Source: Ruditapes philippinarum
Lineage: Eukaryota
DNA length: 64,000 nucleotides
Reading direction: 5' to 3'
NCBI RefSeq assembly: GCF_026571515.1
Contig: NW_026856044.1
Location: forward strand, 1 to 64,000
The notes below the pieces were generated by a model, which saw only the letters and a list, made by a program, of their open reading frames with translations, was not told where the DNA came from and made no database searches. The translations under genes were made by a program, and so were the position numbers. This document shows, in pieces, positions 12,641 to 26,354 of the stretch. Each line of letters begins with the position of its first letter. Position 1 is the stretch's first letter.

Positions 12641-15600
12641 ATACTACTCAAATTGCTGAGCACTAAGGGTATGTTTGTAACTTTCTTATAGTGTATGTCA
12701 AATATAAGATTTGTTCTTATATATGACATAGTGATTTAAAACATCAATTAGGAATTTGTTACCAATTTTTATGTGTTTTCATATTGATAAGTTTTGATTG
12801 TAATGAAATTGTGTTTTAGACGGGTGTGGTGGAATTTGTGAAAATACTCTTTTGCAATGTTCTGGTGAAATATCCAGTTTCGAGATCAAACTATAAATAG
12901 TGATTTTTAAAAAAAACATTTGTAAGTTTATTAACAAACTTAAGATTTTTGTAAGCTCCGTAACAACCGTTCGCCAGAGGCTTTTTAATAGGAAAAATTT
13001 ACAAACTTCTTTAGAAAGGGAAAACATGAATTTTTAATGTTTAAATAATAGTATCAGAGAAATTTAAGATACTTGTTACCTGAATAAAGTAGCGATAAAT
13101 GTGAAAAATGTCATTAAAGTAGCAAAATGTAAACAATTTTGTATTTGACTTCCATATAAAATACTTATTCACTATTACTGTACCCATTTCCAAAAAGCAA
13201 CAGATGAAAAAGATGGTTCAGATAATTGGCCAATGAGTAACTTTTTGGATACTATTGAAGAACACCAAAATTTAAAAAAAAAGCTTAAGAAATACAAATA
13301 AAAGCATAACGGGCCTTTAAAACGTTATTTTTATAATATCGGGTGGATCGGGACCCCACCATCCCGTCTGGACTCCCCCCAGTCTTGACTTCCCCCTCAG
13401 TGAGAACTTTACATTATTGTATTTTCTGATGCTGACATTCAATCTCTGGCACAGCGCTTCACGACATAATTAACAACAAGTAGCTTTAGTTCTCAAAACA
13501 GCTTAAAATTAGCGACATAAAAGAAGAAATATTTTTATTTTGTTACAAGTATCCAACAAATTACAACGCATTCAAAGTTTAAAAGTAGTGTTGGCTTATA
13601 GAATTGTCAATAAATGCACAATCACAAATTACGCGGTTTTATATCATTTAATCAATGAAAATGCTATTTTTTAGCGATGTCGATTACCGAATACTTCAGA
13701 TAAATCTGACTGTCGAGTGGTGGAGTATATACATGTCAGACTGTTTTGGTGAGAACATTTTTGCTAAATTATTTACATCAGTGCTAAACAAACAGATTTA
13801 TCATGAACAAAATACGTCGAATTTAATAAGGATTACAAACCCTAAAATTCTATAAAATTATTTGAGTTTATTCAGTTTTCTTCGTATAACTTCCCCGTGG
13901 TGCAGGGGTAACATGCTCGTCCAAGGTGCAAGAGGTCTGGGGTTAAAAACCCAGTCGAGACAACTATCTTTTTTTGAAATGGTCTTTTTTAAGCCACGAT
14001 ATGCAAGGATAAAGTGTGGCTGTCATAAACAAATGAACATAAATGATTTTTGATGCAAATCTGGTCATGCAAAATTCCGTATGTATCAAACTCAAACTGT
14101 TACAGTAAAAAATCTAAACGCAGTCGCTGCATCTCGGTGCCCTGCAAGATAAATAATAGTATATTAATATAAACTTATACAGGAAAATATATACTTGTAC
14201 ATACAGATTTACAGTACGATTTAGTTGCAAAGATCAGAAAATATCACAGAGATTGCAGCCCTTTGATTATGAATGTGTGACTACTTAAATAGTTTATGAT
14301 ATTTTTGTGTTCTGCCTGTACGGACTAATACTTAAGTTTCTTAAATGTCACATTTAGATAAGCTTAATAAATGGCCATTTCAACATAATCAGGCACAATT
14401 TTTACTGAAATGTCTTATTAAGATTTCCCAGAAATTATACCTTTTATCTATGCTAAGACTATTATATTTCTATAAAATGTATCAATAAAAATAAACGGGA
14501 AAATGATGCAGTTAATGAAACGGAACAATGGAGTTAATGAAAGGTGTACATTCTTTTGAAATTAATGGAAAATGTGAGAAAAAATATATATTTTGAGTTA
14601 TTAATTGATACAAATTCTTTATTTGATGAAAGTTCTTCACTCATTTAAAATACCTGCTGATTCTACTATAATTCAGGACACATGTTTTGCCTCTATTCAA
14701 TACCTTGATTTTTGTTTACCATTGGCTTTGACTACAATATATTATTTGAAACATCATGAGAATTCATTTTAATGATTTATTTTTTATGACCCCAAAGTGC
14801 GGTCGCTTGTCTAATGTTCAGAAATGCATATGTACCTGTTGGTCAAAATTAGACCTCAAACTTCGTAACGCACTCTGAGGTCGGACCCCAAAGTACGTAA
14901 CGCCCTTTTGGGTTGGACCCAAAAGTGCGTTTGATCCCAAATTGCGGTGTTACAAAGCTTGACTAAATGTTCAAACCCGGATTGACATGATCTCGTATTA
15001 GGAGTGACAGTATGTGGGTAGGATTAAGCGCACGTTTAACTTATTTAAAGAATATGATATATAATGCCACGACCTTGCATTTCTGGTCAGTCCAATCTTT
15101 TTATTTTAAGTAATACTGAATGGGTGGTGTGTTCTCTGAATATACCGTATCATAATTATAATAAAAATGTTATAACGATTATGATATCTCGTACATGAAT
15201 CTTTCAAACTTTAATTAGGGGTACAAATATATACTGAACTTATTGCAAACACAGACATGTATGTAAAATTATTACAACAGGAAAGATATATGTCATTAAG
15301 CTATATATCTGCAGCAACATTATTGTTTGAATTTTAATAAAAAATCGAAAAAATCGAAAATGCTTGTATGAAAGAAATATGATAGTAAATTCCGTAAAAA
15401 GTGAATGACGCAAGCATGAAATCATTTGTAAACTGTGAAAACCATATTGAAAATAGCAACATTATATTCTGTTACAAAACATTTAATTCTCTTCATGTAT
15501 GTAATATACACGTGTGTTTAATAACAGAAACATTCTTTATCAGCTTTAAGAAAAATAATTGTTTCTGGAATTCCTTGTAACGAATTCTACATTGAAATTC

Positions 15601-15743
15601 TCCATTGAAAATAAATCTACATTAAATCATGCATTACAATTCTACATTGAATTCTACATTGATTGCATTACCATGTTGTTTAAAGATTAATCCCATTAGC
15701 TCAAAGTCAACAAATTTCTTAATGAACCTAAAACTGATGGCGC

Positions 15744-18700
15744 CTATTTTTGAAAATGGAAAATTGCAATAGCGCACAGAGCAATAGCAGATATAGATAA
15801 GGAAATTATGATAAGATTAAAAACAGATATATAGCTTTCATTCGCAGTTTCTACGATCTCTTTCTCGTCATCTATTTTTTTATTACTGTCACTAAAATCA
15901 GTCTTATCATTTATCCTCTTTTCAGTTACATTATAAAATGATTTAAACGGGTGACTGGCAGTTCCAAAAAGTGTAAATGCTAAATTCTTCACCTCTAGTT
16001 GTTCTGAAAAAGAATACGATGTTGAAGTTAATATCACAATTGAAAAGCAAAATTCCTTTCCATAAAATGTTAATTCTTTACTCATAAAATTTGTCAACTT
16101 TTTATTATTATTATCATTATTATTTTTATTATCATCATCATTATCAAATTTAAATCAGCCCCTAAATTACGCTACACATTAGGATCTAACATTTACCCAT
16201 AGGCATCTTCTCGTGGTCTTTCAAACAACCAATTATTGGCGAGCTTTCATTATTTTGAAAGCGATGCGGTTTCTAATTCTTACCACTCAGTAGTTAATTT
16301 TCACAATTTCGAGTACAAACATGACGTTGTCAGATAAACGGTCAATACAATCTTGCCATTTAAAATTGACTCTATTATTTCAAGTTAAGTAGCAGAAAGT
16401 ACAATGGATATGAATAGATCAAGGAATGATAAAATATTTTCTCTTTAAGATATTGCGTAATTATAATTTCAACAAGCTTTATTTAAAAGAAGGAAACACA
16501 TCTAGAAAAGATAGGAACTCCACATAGGAACACATACTTTGATTAATGTTATGGCTTATATTGAAAACAATTGTCCAGTTTCCGGCAGGGTTTTCACCCC
16601 AAAAATGAACTGACGTAAAATTCCATATTCTCCATCCTCGTAAGTTTTTTTTACGATTCACATTTCCTTTGCGACTAAGTAGCTGAGAACAGGACCGGTG
16701 TGGTGAACAAAGAACAATGTCAAGTAAGTCGTCATGCTGTTTTGTATAGCTTAGACTTATCAACACATGTTCTAAATTGTTTATACAGTCTTTATCGACA
16801 GCACATTGGTCAACTTGAAGGTAAGTGCGTATAACATTTTCTCGAGGCAACCTGTAAATAAATAGGTAAATTATGACTTAATACAGAATAACAAGTATAC
16901 TACACAGCTTAACATCGGCGGGGGTAACAAAATAAAATATTCAGAAAGCAAGAAAACACTTTTAGAATACTTTCAAAATTTATGTTTGTCAAGCAATTCC
17001 CTCATGACTAACTGGTATTATTCCAACACTTCATTAACACCAGTTTGCATAAAAAAACGAAATGAAATGACCAATGAAGTAATACATTAGGGTTTAAATT
17101 AAAGCGGTTATTTTATTTTATCTTAGCTTTCAAAAATTACTATTCTTCCTCAAATTTATATATGTTTCACCAAATATACTCTTTCGAGAGCAATAAAATC
17201 AATAACTTTTAGATAACGATTGAAGACTCGACTTGACTTAGTCTGTTTATGAAAGGTTACGGATTGTGCAAAATCTCGCACCTCTTCTAGTACCGGCTTA
17301 AGTAATATTTCTTAGGTCACTCTGCAAAATCTATGTATTTTATAATCTTTGTTGTAGCATCAAACACAGTTTTCGTAAACTTTGTATTTACTGACCGTAT
17401 CTGCAATTTCGCTTCTTTGACTGTCTTCTGTTTTTGTGGTGGTACGTTTGTCCAATTTCTTGCCATAAGTGTCATTTTTGCAGCATTCATTAATCCAAAT
17501 CCAAGGAAAGAATCAACTGAAAATATGAAGTTAATGACTGTATGAAAAAAATATTTCTTTACAAAATGTAATTTGCCTAAAGATTTAAGGCTTGTAATGA
17601 ATAGTTGGGTTATATGATCATTTTCTTTTACTTTGAAGATATTTTACCTGTGGTTTGTGCCTTGTTCGTATTATTTTTTCAATAATTTCTTAGATAAATG
17701 TCTGTTGTTCTACACCTTTCTTAAATTAATAGAAAACAATTTAAGAGATAAACATGGCAGTTACAGAAAAAGATCATTGAATGTCATTCAGTTCTTGTTC
17801 GATTATAGTTGGTAGCCTTTATTTTTCAACATGATACAGTTACCTTTATAGTTTACTTTAAGGTGTCACTATAACTTACACTGTAGCCCAGCGGCATTTT
17901 TCTGAAGTTGTCCGGTGTTTTCTAGTCTTTCATGTGAGGCTGACAATACAATAATGTGTTGTAAATCTCTCCATGTAATGTTAGGACTGAAAAAGCGTTG
18001 TTATATACCAAGGTGATTTAGTAATATTCATCTTTTACCTTGCACAGAAATATCTTAGATATATTGACATTTTTATCTATAAACAATATAATATTGAATT
18101 CTAGATGACATATAACTTCATATGATAAATCTAACAAAGAGTCACACTTGTGAACGCTTTTGGATAGCTACAAATGATTGAGGTGTAATAATTTTATATC
18201 TTTTTACGAAACTATGAAACTGCTTTCATTTTGTTTAGTTTGAAATGACCACTTAAAAAATAGACAAAAGCTCAAAACGTGAATGTCATTATAACAGTCG
18301 AGCGTTCCATGGTTTTTATACTCACTTTGCCTGTAGAGTTAAAGCATTTATACCAGAAGCTAAAGCAGTTGAAGCAGATGTTCCCCTAAAATCATCACAC
18401 TTGTTGTCGTGCGTTGTAGTCTCCTGTGTTAAGCAAAAGAAAAGAACAATCATGGTACCTTAATGACCTTATCGGGGCTACATTCTATTGGAACGTCCAA
18501 ATTATTATTCATAATCAAACTGATGGAAATGGCCAAAAAGTTGTGACTGGGCTACATTAAGCTTAGGTTTACGAAATACATTTCATTAGACAAAAACGTC
18601 TCCAATAATTGAATCAAATAATCTATATAATGCACTGACAGCAAGAATTCTTCTTATGATTACATACTTGCCCCTTTTCACTTTCATTTGTGATGTATCA

Positions 18701-21700
18701 ATGTAATTGAGGTCAATATCAAAGCGAACAGTTATATACTTAATGTTATTCTTGTGTGTATTTTCTCAAATATGTATTGAAATGTTACCAAGGGATGATA
18801 CTGAAAATTTGTTTTTTGCGTACTTCTAATATTTCTATATACATGTACATAGCTTACTAGTTTCCCATGTCCGTTTAGAGTTTTAAACTCCCCGTAAGTG
18901 GATGCCAAGGTAGAGGCACATGGAATAGTATATGAGGGTCTTGATCCGTTCTTGCCAACACTTGAGATGGTGACAGTGTATATGCTGCTAGCCAGAGTTT
19001 CTATGTTACAATCATATATATGACCATGTCTATTTCCTGCAGAAAACACAAAGATGTTTCCTCTACCTTTTCGACCCTTTAACAGAAATAATAATTTGTG
19101 ATTTTTTTACGAGAACAATGTACTAAGACATAAATCAATTACATTCATCAACTAGTTCAGAAACAGCTTGTGAGCATTCAAATTTAATATGTTACATTTT
19201 CATTCAAAAATAGTATAGATCATATGGTGACTTTCCAGCTATACTGTTGGAGGAAAATCTCAGGAGCCTTTCTGTGCATTATTTCAGCCACGAACGGACA
19301 CCTTAGCAGAACCGCCGACATGCCGTAAGCTAGCTGGATAACTTCCTCGCATGAAAAAATGGTTTGAATCCAACTACCTTTACTACTCGGACACAGACGC
19401 CCCTTAAGGCATTACATTTGTATCCTTAGTTCAAAGACATAGAGCCCAAAAAGCAATCTAAATGAAGGAGAAAAGCAACAAGTTTTAGTTTTAATTTTTC
19501 AGCAACTTGTGTTGATTACTTTGCAGCCTAGGTTATTCTTTACTAGGAAAACACAACTTCAATTAACGAAATAATATTTACCTTTGTAACGCCTTCTTTT
19601 AGAGCTGATTTCATGTATAGTGAAGCCTTTCTAAATTTACCAGCTAGATTGAAACTGCATGAATATATATCTATTTCATCCCTTTTATAAACAATAGCTG
19701 ATGGAATATGTTCTGTTGATAAGGCAAATCCATGAAACATCCATGATTCGGGACTGTCGCCAGGATGGAACACTTTTAAAGCTAAGATATCAAAATGGAA
19801 CATTATCTTAAAATGCGAAAGATTAATGCATGATGAACGTTTCTACCGGTAATATCTTAACATATTTGTTTAGATTATTACGACAAATCAAATTGAAATA
19901 GTGCATAAGTGTACCTATAATCATTATAAGAAATCTTAGACGTCTCCTTTGACGGCCAGACAGGAAGCCGACCCGAAAATGATTAATATAAGCTTCCACT
20001 ATTTGTTTCACAATCAAGCGAAAATTTATCTGTTTAAACTAAACACTAGTCGAAATTCTTATTTCGATGTTTAAAAAATCCAGAAACATTCGTTTATAAG
20101 ATATATAAGATAAGTTAAATTTTTGCTATACTGGAACATTTAACACAATACTGTAAAAATTCTAAGCATCATTGAAGATATCGAAAATTTATTATTCATT
20201 AAATTACACAATGGTAAATACATTGTATACAAAAACACCAAAATGGAATTTAGATAAGTTTAATGTTTCTTGCACGTGTTGATTCAAGTAAAGAGATGTC
20301 TTGAATAATGTAAAAAAAGTAAACCTGCTACTTTTGACTCAAATGCTACTCCAGAAGAACATTTGTTGTTTCCAAACACAGCAGCAATTAGTCCGGCAGC
20401 CTTTGTGCCATGGCTACAAAATATTCATTTTACATCTTTGCATATCAAACAAAATAATCTATATCATTTCACTGTCTAACGATACTGGGGATGCTCATGC
20501 AATATACACTTATTATACAAAAAACCCTAATGTACGTAACTTTAAATGGACCTCATCATATTAAAAAAAGAGTATTTTAAGAGAATTGAGCTGTTTGACG
20601 AAGTTCACATGATTGAATTTGAATCGCCGATAAATTATGAAAAAGAGTGTAAAATGATATTTTTACAAATATTGTACAGTGTTAATTGTCGATCATAAGT
20701 TCAAAAGTTCTGTTTAAGGTTTCTACTATTTTCAACAAACACTCTCTGTCGGTCTGTCTCAAAGCCTTTTTTTGTTTTGTTTGTCAGTCCTTTTTTGTTT
20801 GTTTGTTTGTTTGTCTTTGGTTATTATTTCATTGAGCTCCTCAAGGACCGTTAAGTTTAAGAAACTAACAAATGTTTAATAATATTAATATAAAAGGTAA
20901 AAACGTCTTACCTAGTAGCTTCTGATGTTTCGATGAAGTCTCTAAAACGTGGAGGGTAAACATGGCTATGGTTTTTGTCAACGAAACTATATGAAAGATC
21001 ACTGGCCTGAAAATGATTTATATACTCATATATATATGTATGTATATTATCAAATTAAGTAACATATTTAAAGTGGTCCACTTCTCGATTATATTGTAAA
21101 GATAAAATGTTTTTTTTTTATTAATTACCTTGACAAAAAACAAACATGCAACAGATATTGTTGCAAATTCATCTTTAGGGTTTGTAAATGCTGTGTATTA
21201 TCCATGTTGCTTTCCGCTGATGGAGGTAATGAAGAAACAATATATTGATTAAGTAATGTGTACTATAATGTAACAAGTGAACACATTACAAGGCTCAGTA
21301 TTCGGCTTTTCTATTATTTTTAACGCTTATTAATTCGTCACTATGATGCCCTCAGGTAAATGTACACTCTTCTATGGTATAAATTACTTGTGCTATCGTT
21401 CTTTCTAAGAACTAACAATGTTAGATTTTAAGTCAGGATGGTCCACTTCTACTCCAATATCAACAACTGCCACGCTGACGCCATGTCCAGTGTAACCAAG
21501 TGACCAGGCTTCTTGAACAGCCATTCCATAGTATGGCCAGCATTGGCCTTTCTGCAAATACCATGTAATGACAACACGTTTTAAGCTCCATGCTTCCAGA
21601 AGAGACAGAATGTTTAAAGAAAATCAAATTTGAGAAAAATGAATTAATATTTTAAGAAATATAAAAAGATTCAAGATTCAAGTAATTATGTTATGTGCTA

Positions 21701-24700
21701 TTTATGACTGATTTTGCAATAATTATTTCCATATTTCTACGGTGTGACTAACGCACTAAGGGCTATGTTTGCATGTTTTGGGACCTTTTTGGTTATTTAC
21801 GTGGATTGAAAGTACCGTTTGCAGCGTGTCAATTACTTTTGTTGTTCATTTCACAATATTTCTCTTTTAAATTCATTTTCAAAGTTTACATGAACATTTA
21901 CATTAATGTTCGAAACTGTATTTAAAAGTAAAATATTGTGAAGTGCAAAAACATGTTATTCACTCACAACAAACGCCAATTGAAATCTACGAAATATCTC
22001 CAGAAAAGTTAAGTACAAGTATGCAAAACATATATGGTGATTAATACTTCAAATCAGTTTTAAATGGCATATAACATGTGAATTATTTCTTTAAATTATT
22101 TGAATTTGAATATTATTACTTTTCTTAAAGGCTGATTTACATGAAATCTTTTGACTAATCTTGAGACATGCAGCTCATTTCTTGTAACGGTGTAATTAAG
22201 TTGTTACATTTTATCGAAAACTAGTTCAGGAATATCCAAGAGCTATACATTTGTCAAAATAATAAACGAAATAATAAACGAAATATTCAAACTCTATTTG
22301 ATTTGTTCTGTTTTAGTTATAACAACGTTTGTTTTTTTCGCATTTAGTGTTCAATGCATTGACTTTAACTTAAAGAATAACAAAAAAAAGAAACAAAAAA
22401 AAAACATGCAAAAAGCATTTCACCAAAGGATGTGGTGACTATTTATGTTCTTAGTCCACACATTTCAATACCAGATGATCTGTATTAAGTGTGCTGTGAT
22501 TTAATACTACTCCCGAACCAGAACGTCTCTTAATGATGACATAAACGTATCTATATTCTAATTTATTATTATAGATTTGTTACTCACTATCATAATCGAA
22601 TGTGGAAAATAATCAGTTATCTAACTCCACTTATCTGATCTTATCTATAATGGAATTATACTTGCATATGCAGATCTCTTGCGTCGGAGTATCCATCTGC
22701 TGAACATTGTTTTTGCTGGTTCACTGGTTTGGTTTCCTCCAGTATGATATCTAACGATTCCCTTTTCACTTTTTTCAATGTTTAAAATCTGAAATGAAAA
22801 ACGTGTCTTTTATAAACTCATAAACATTCTTGTATTCTACTGTAGAATAAATTATTATAGATTCCTTATGTATAGCGTCTGGCCATTAGAGCTTGAATTT
22901 GGCACCTTGCATATCCTGAATCCCTTGCACATGAATAGACGATCACATCGTTTGGACTATATTCTGGTGAAATATAAAGTGTGTAAATGCATAATTCGCG
23001 TCCAAGTGCCCAGAAATTACGTGCATTGGCTTTCAATTGTCATTTTGAACTTATAGTTTACGTAGGCGGTCACAAAGGTAAAGAAACGTACTTATTTATA
23101 AGTTTCAACGTGTTCGTCGGTGGCCAAGACATGAGTTTATTGCAAAAAAGAAAGGTCGCAGTGCTAGAAGCAACGTGCATCCATGTTCTATAGAAAAATG
23201 TGTGTAAAAGTAACGATGCAACGCCGGGCAAGGGCTCAATAACATGCAATGTCCAGATCGTTTGAACATGAAAAGAGGCCCAACGTAGGGAGGTCCAAAC
23301 GATTCCTTTTTACTTAGGAAGGAAACTGCGGTCATGGCATATAACAGACGCATTAGTTACTTGTAAACTGTTATTCGCATATTTTAAGTATTTAACGTGA
23401 TGCAGGTGAAAATATGGTGTCACGACATACTTGTAATATTTACTAGTAATTACCTTGATTATAAATCTGATTGTATAACCTCAAATGTTTCTAAAAACCA
23501 AACACAGATTTAAACCAAAAACATGAAAGGTTGATAATTCTGTAAAATGAAATTAATGTTACCTTGTCAACGAAAAAGCCCTTGAAAGCCTTTATATCAA
23601 CTGTGATGCCCTCTGTGGGCGACATATTCCCTTCGAACAAGAGTATATTGGATACAAGCTGCAATGGAATCAAAATCATATCATACTTACTTACAATTTT
23701 GTATAATGTATTAATTAATAATAACTTTTGTCTGCTTGAATGTAACAAACTATTTACATTTTATTTTGTAATCTTTTTGCAAGTTACAGTTTGCCTTTTG
23801 CTTAACTTGAGCACATGTGTTTACAATAACTGATGATAACCACTCAGATGACATCCTATTACTTACATATGATATTGAAATTATGATTGTTTTAACGCAG
23901 AAAACATACGCTTTTATTGTCGATCTACCTCAATAATTATGTTTATTTTATGCTTTTCAGTGGATAACTGACTTATCCGTGAAAATTATATTTGATAATT
24001 GCACAGTGAAAATTATCAAAATATAATTTCACACTTTTCAATGACGAAACTACTTTTTTAAGATTTTCCCCATGTGGTACCTCAATTTTATTTTTGCTGA
24101 CAAATCTGACAATGTCAGGCTGTTTAAAGAAAAAGCAAAGCTGAAATTGATAATAGTATAAATGTCAAAAGTAATCAAAAGGAAAAAACTTACTTCTATT
24201 CATTCAAATACCAATCACCAAATTTAGTCTCTAAATTTTTTTTGTTTAATTTTTACAGTCTAAAAAATACATTCCTTCCACATGTAAAACTGCTCTTGAT
24301 GACATTTAGGCATATAAAAGTATCCTACGAGCAATAACTGCCTTATGCTTTATGAAAAATTGAAAAGCAATGATAACCATTATCGTAGAATAAGTAAACA
24401 GCCCAGCGTTCCTGAACCATTTTCTAAGTTTTCCATTTTCCTAGCTGCTTTTTTAATTTTTTCACATCTGTCAACACTTATTTTCGTCTGTTACAATCCT
24501 CAAATAAGTTTTCTTTCTTTTAAAAGGTGTATGACTAACAAATCCAAATGATATCTCTCTGAATCAAACACAATTATTTTCCTCCCGTGAAATACACAAC
24601 TTTAAAAAATGGCTGCCGCTTACATTTAACAAAGCTATATTGTAAATTCCTGGTAAAATTATCTCCTACAAGATCAATCAGATGATTAAAACCCCAACAA

Positions 24701-26138
24701 ACGCCCCTCGTTCCGGGTAAGGCTTTATCTAAACACTCACATGGCGATAAGTCTAAACCCAGTGCAAACGTCCGAAGCTAGTGCTTATTTTCAATTAATA
24801 CTACATCATAACATTTACGTCTTTTTATATTATAAATCTACAAAGAGAGCGTGTATAGCTATACACCAAGTTTAAAACACCCTACGAGTTTTAACTACTT
24901 TCTTTAATCTGACCATTTTTTATTTATTTTTTTTTTCTTTGGTCAATTTTAATTTTTATAATTTTTTTTAAAAGAACAGTAAGGGTAATACTAATTACCT
25001 CTCAACTTTAAACGTATTATTGAAAACGATAAAAGCAAGATAAATGAAAAACATTTTTTTAAGATACCATTAATTGTAGCACATATCTTTTATTTATGTA
25101 CGTCTTATATGCTAGTATATATCTGCCATATCTGTAATTGCACTGTGCATTTTGCCGCATGGGTCGTTCACATACTGGTTTGATATGAATAAAACTTGTA
25201 AAACTTATCTTCAACAATACTGCTAACTTGGTACATTTTCTTTACGGTGTAATTATGTTTTTACATATCTGGCACGTTTTAACCCACGTATTTTTGTTAG
25301 ACTGTATCATATAAAGCTACAGTCTCACTTACATCCCGGCAAAGTCCCGGGAGAGCCCCGGTAGACGTCCGGGGTGATCCGGGGACGACCGGGGTACGAC
25401 CGGGAACAACCGGGGTACATCCGTAACTCTGCCGGCAAAGTCCTGGATGGTCCGGGATGATCCGGGAACATCCGGCATTCGACCCCGAGACCTTACCGGG
25501 ATGGTCCTGGGCTCTGGGAGTAAGTGAGACCGAGGCTTAAAATAGAATTACAATGTCTACATGTAATACTGCACATATCCAGAAGCGTAGAAAAATGTGG
25601 GTTTTTTCTCTATCATGATTTTTAATTTGTTTTAATGTTTCTACCGGTAAAATCTTGATCCCATACTAACTTGCCAACATCACAATATTCAAAGTCACGC
25701 GCCGTTTTGAAGCAATACTGCGAAATTATATCCGGCTAACAGAACATCTTTAAATTTTTCGGAAGTGACGTTGAAATAGCTAATTGAAATATTAAACATT
25801 TTCATAATATGTAAACAGCGCAAATTGTTATAAATTACGTAAACTAACAAAAACCCTGTCATAACATAATCATTCTCAGCATAATCATTCTCAGTTGACT
25901 TTTGCTATATAATGATAAATAAATAATGATTTATAACGTTTATTAACCAACGATTGTTTACCTTTCTGACATATTTAAGTCCAAATCTTTGTGACTCTAG
26001 TGTTACTGTATCTATCCATTTCTCCTGTATTTGAATAATGTATTCCTGCTTCCGAATCTTGTCTTTCTTTTCTAGCACTTCTGAAAATGCTAGAACAATA
26101 AAAAATATTAAATACCACATATAAACAAAATATTTCAT
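15744..26138 (-). CDS. PC-A: divergent furin/kexin-family proprotein convertase-like serine protease, 677 aa, 13 exons, C-terminal TM
   Basis: Exons 25962-26138, 23563-23658, 22666-22788 (GC donor), 21417-21551, 20912-21006, 20325-20413, 19582-19781, 18858-19076, 18326-18423, 17880-17986, 17396-17516, 16538-16851, 15744-16003 join into one open frame (2034 nt). Motifs: signal peptide, GYTGHGVSVAVVDIG, HPDL, SHGTKAAG, FVFSAGN, GTSAS, TWRDLQH, GFGLMNA, P-domain LEHV...[21 protein letters not shown]. Confidence 0.92.
19215..19405 (-). mobile_element. SINE fragment (Deu-like central domain), intron 7 of PC-A
   Basis: Reverse complement reads ...atgcgaggaagttatccagctagcttacggcatgtcggcggttctgctaaggtgtccgttcgtggctgaaataatgcacagaaaggctcctgagattttcctccaacag..., homologous to 45962-46160. 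Confidence 0.6.
25315..25537. mobile_element. GC-rich MITE, PIF/Harbinger-like, intron 1 of PC-A
   Basis: Imperfect TIRs agctacagtctcacttacatccc / gggagtaagtgagaccgaggct with TAA on both flanks. Internal ~10-11 bp ccggg-containing repeats. Confidence 0.7.
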
Positions 26139-26354
26139 TATCTACAAAGAAAATTTGTCGCGGTAGTCAAAATGATAATGGTTGAGTTAATTTAACCATG
26201 TTGTTATTGTTTAACCTTTCGAATACAGGTTTCGGTTTTATCGCAAGCTTACATTTTTATCTATACGCATTAGTCATATTGTCGGATGATGTTTTCATAA
26301 CTCATCCGTTTATCTTAATGCGCAGTTATTGACTTTTCATTAATAATGTACTTC

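Noticed and set aside
22868-23353. Overlapping short ORFs in PC-A intron 2
   Set aside because: No recognisable motifs or consistent splice structure; possibly an old repeat remnant.
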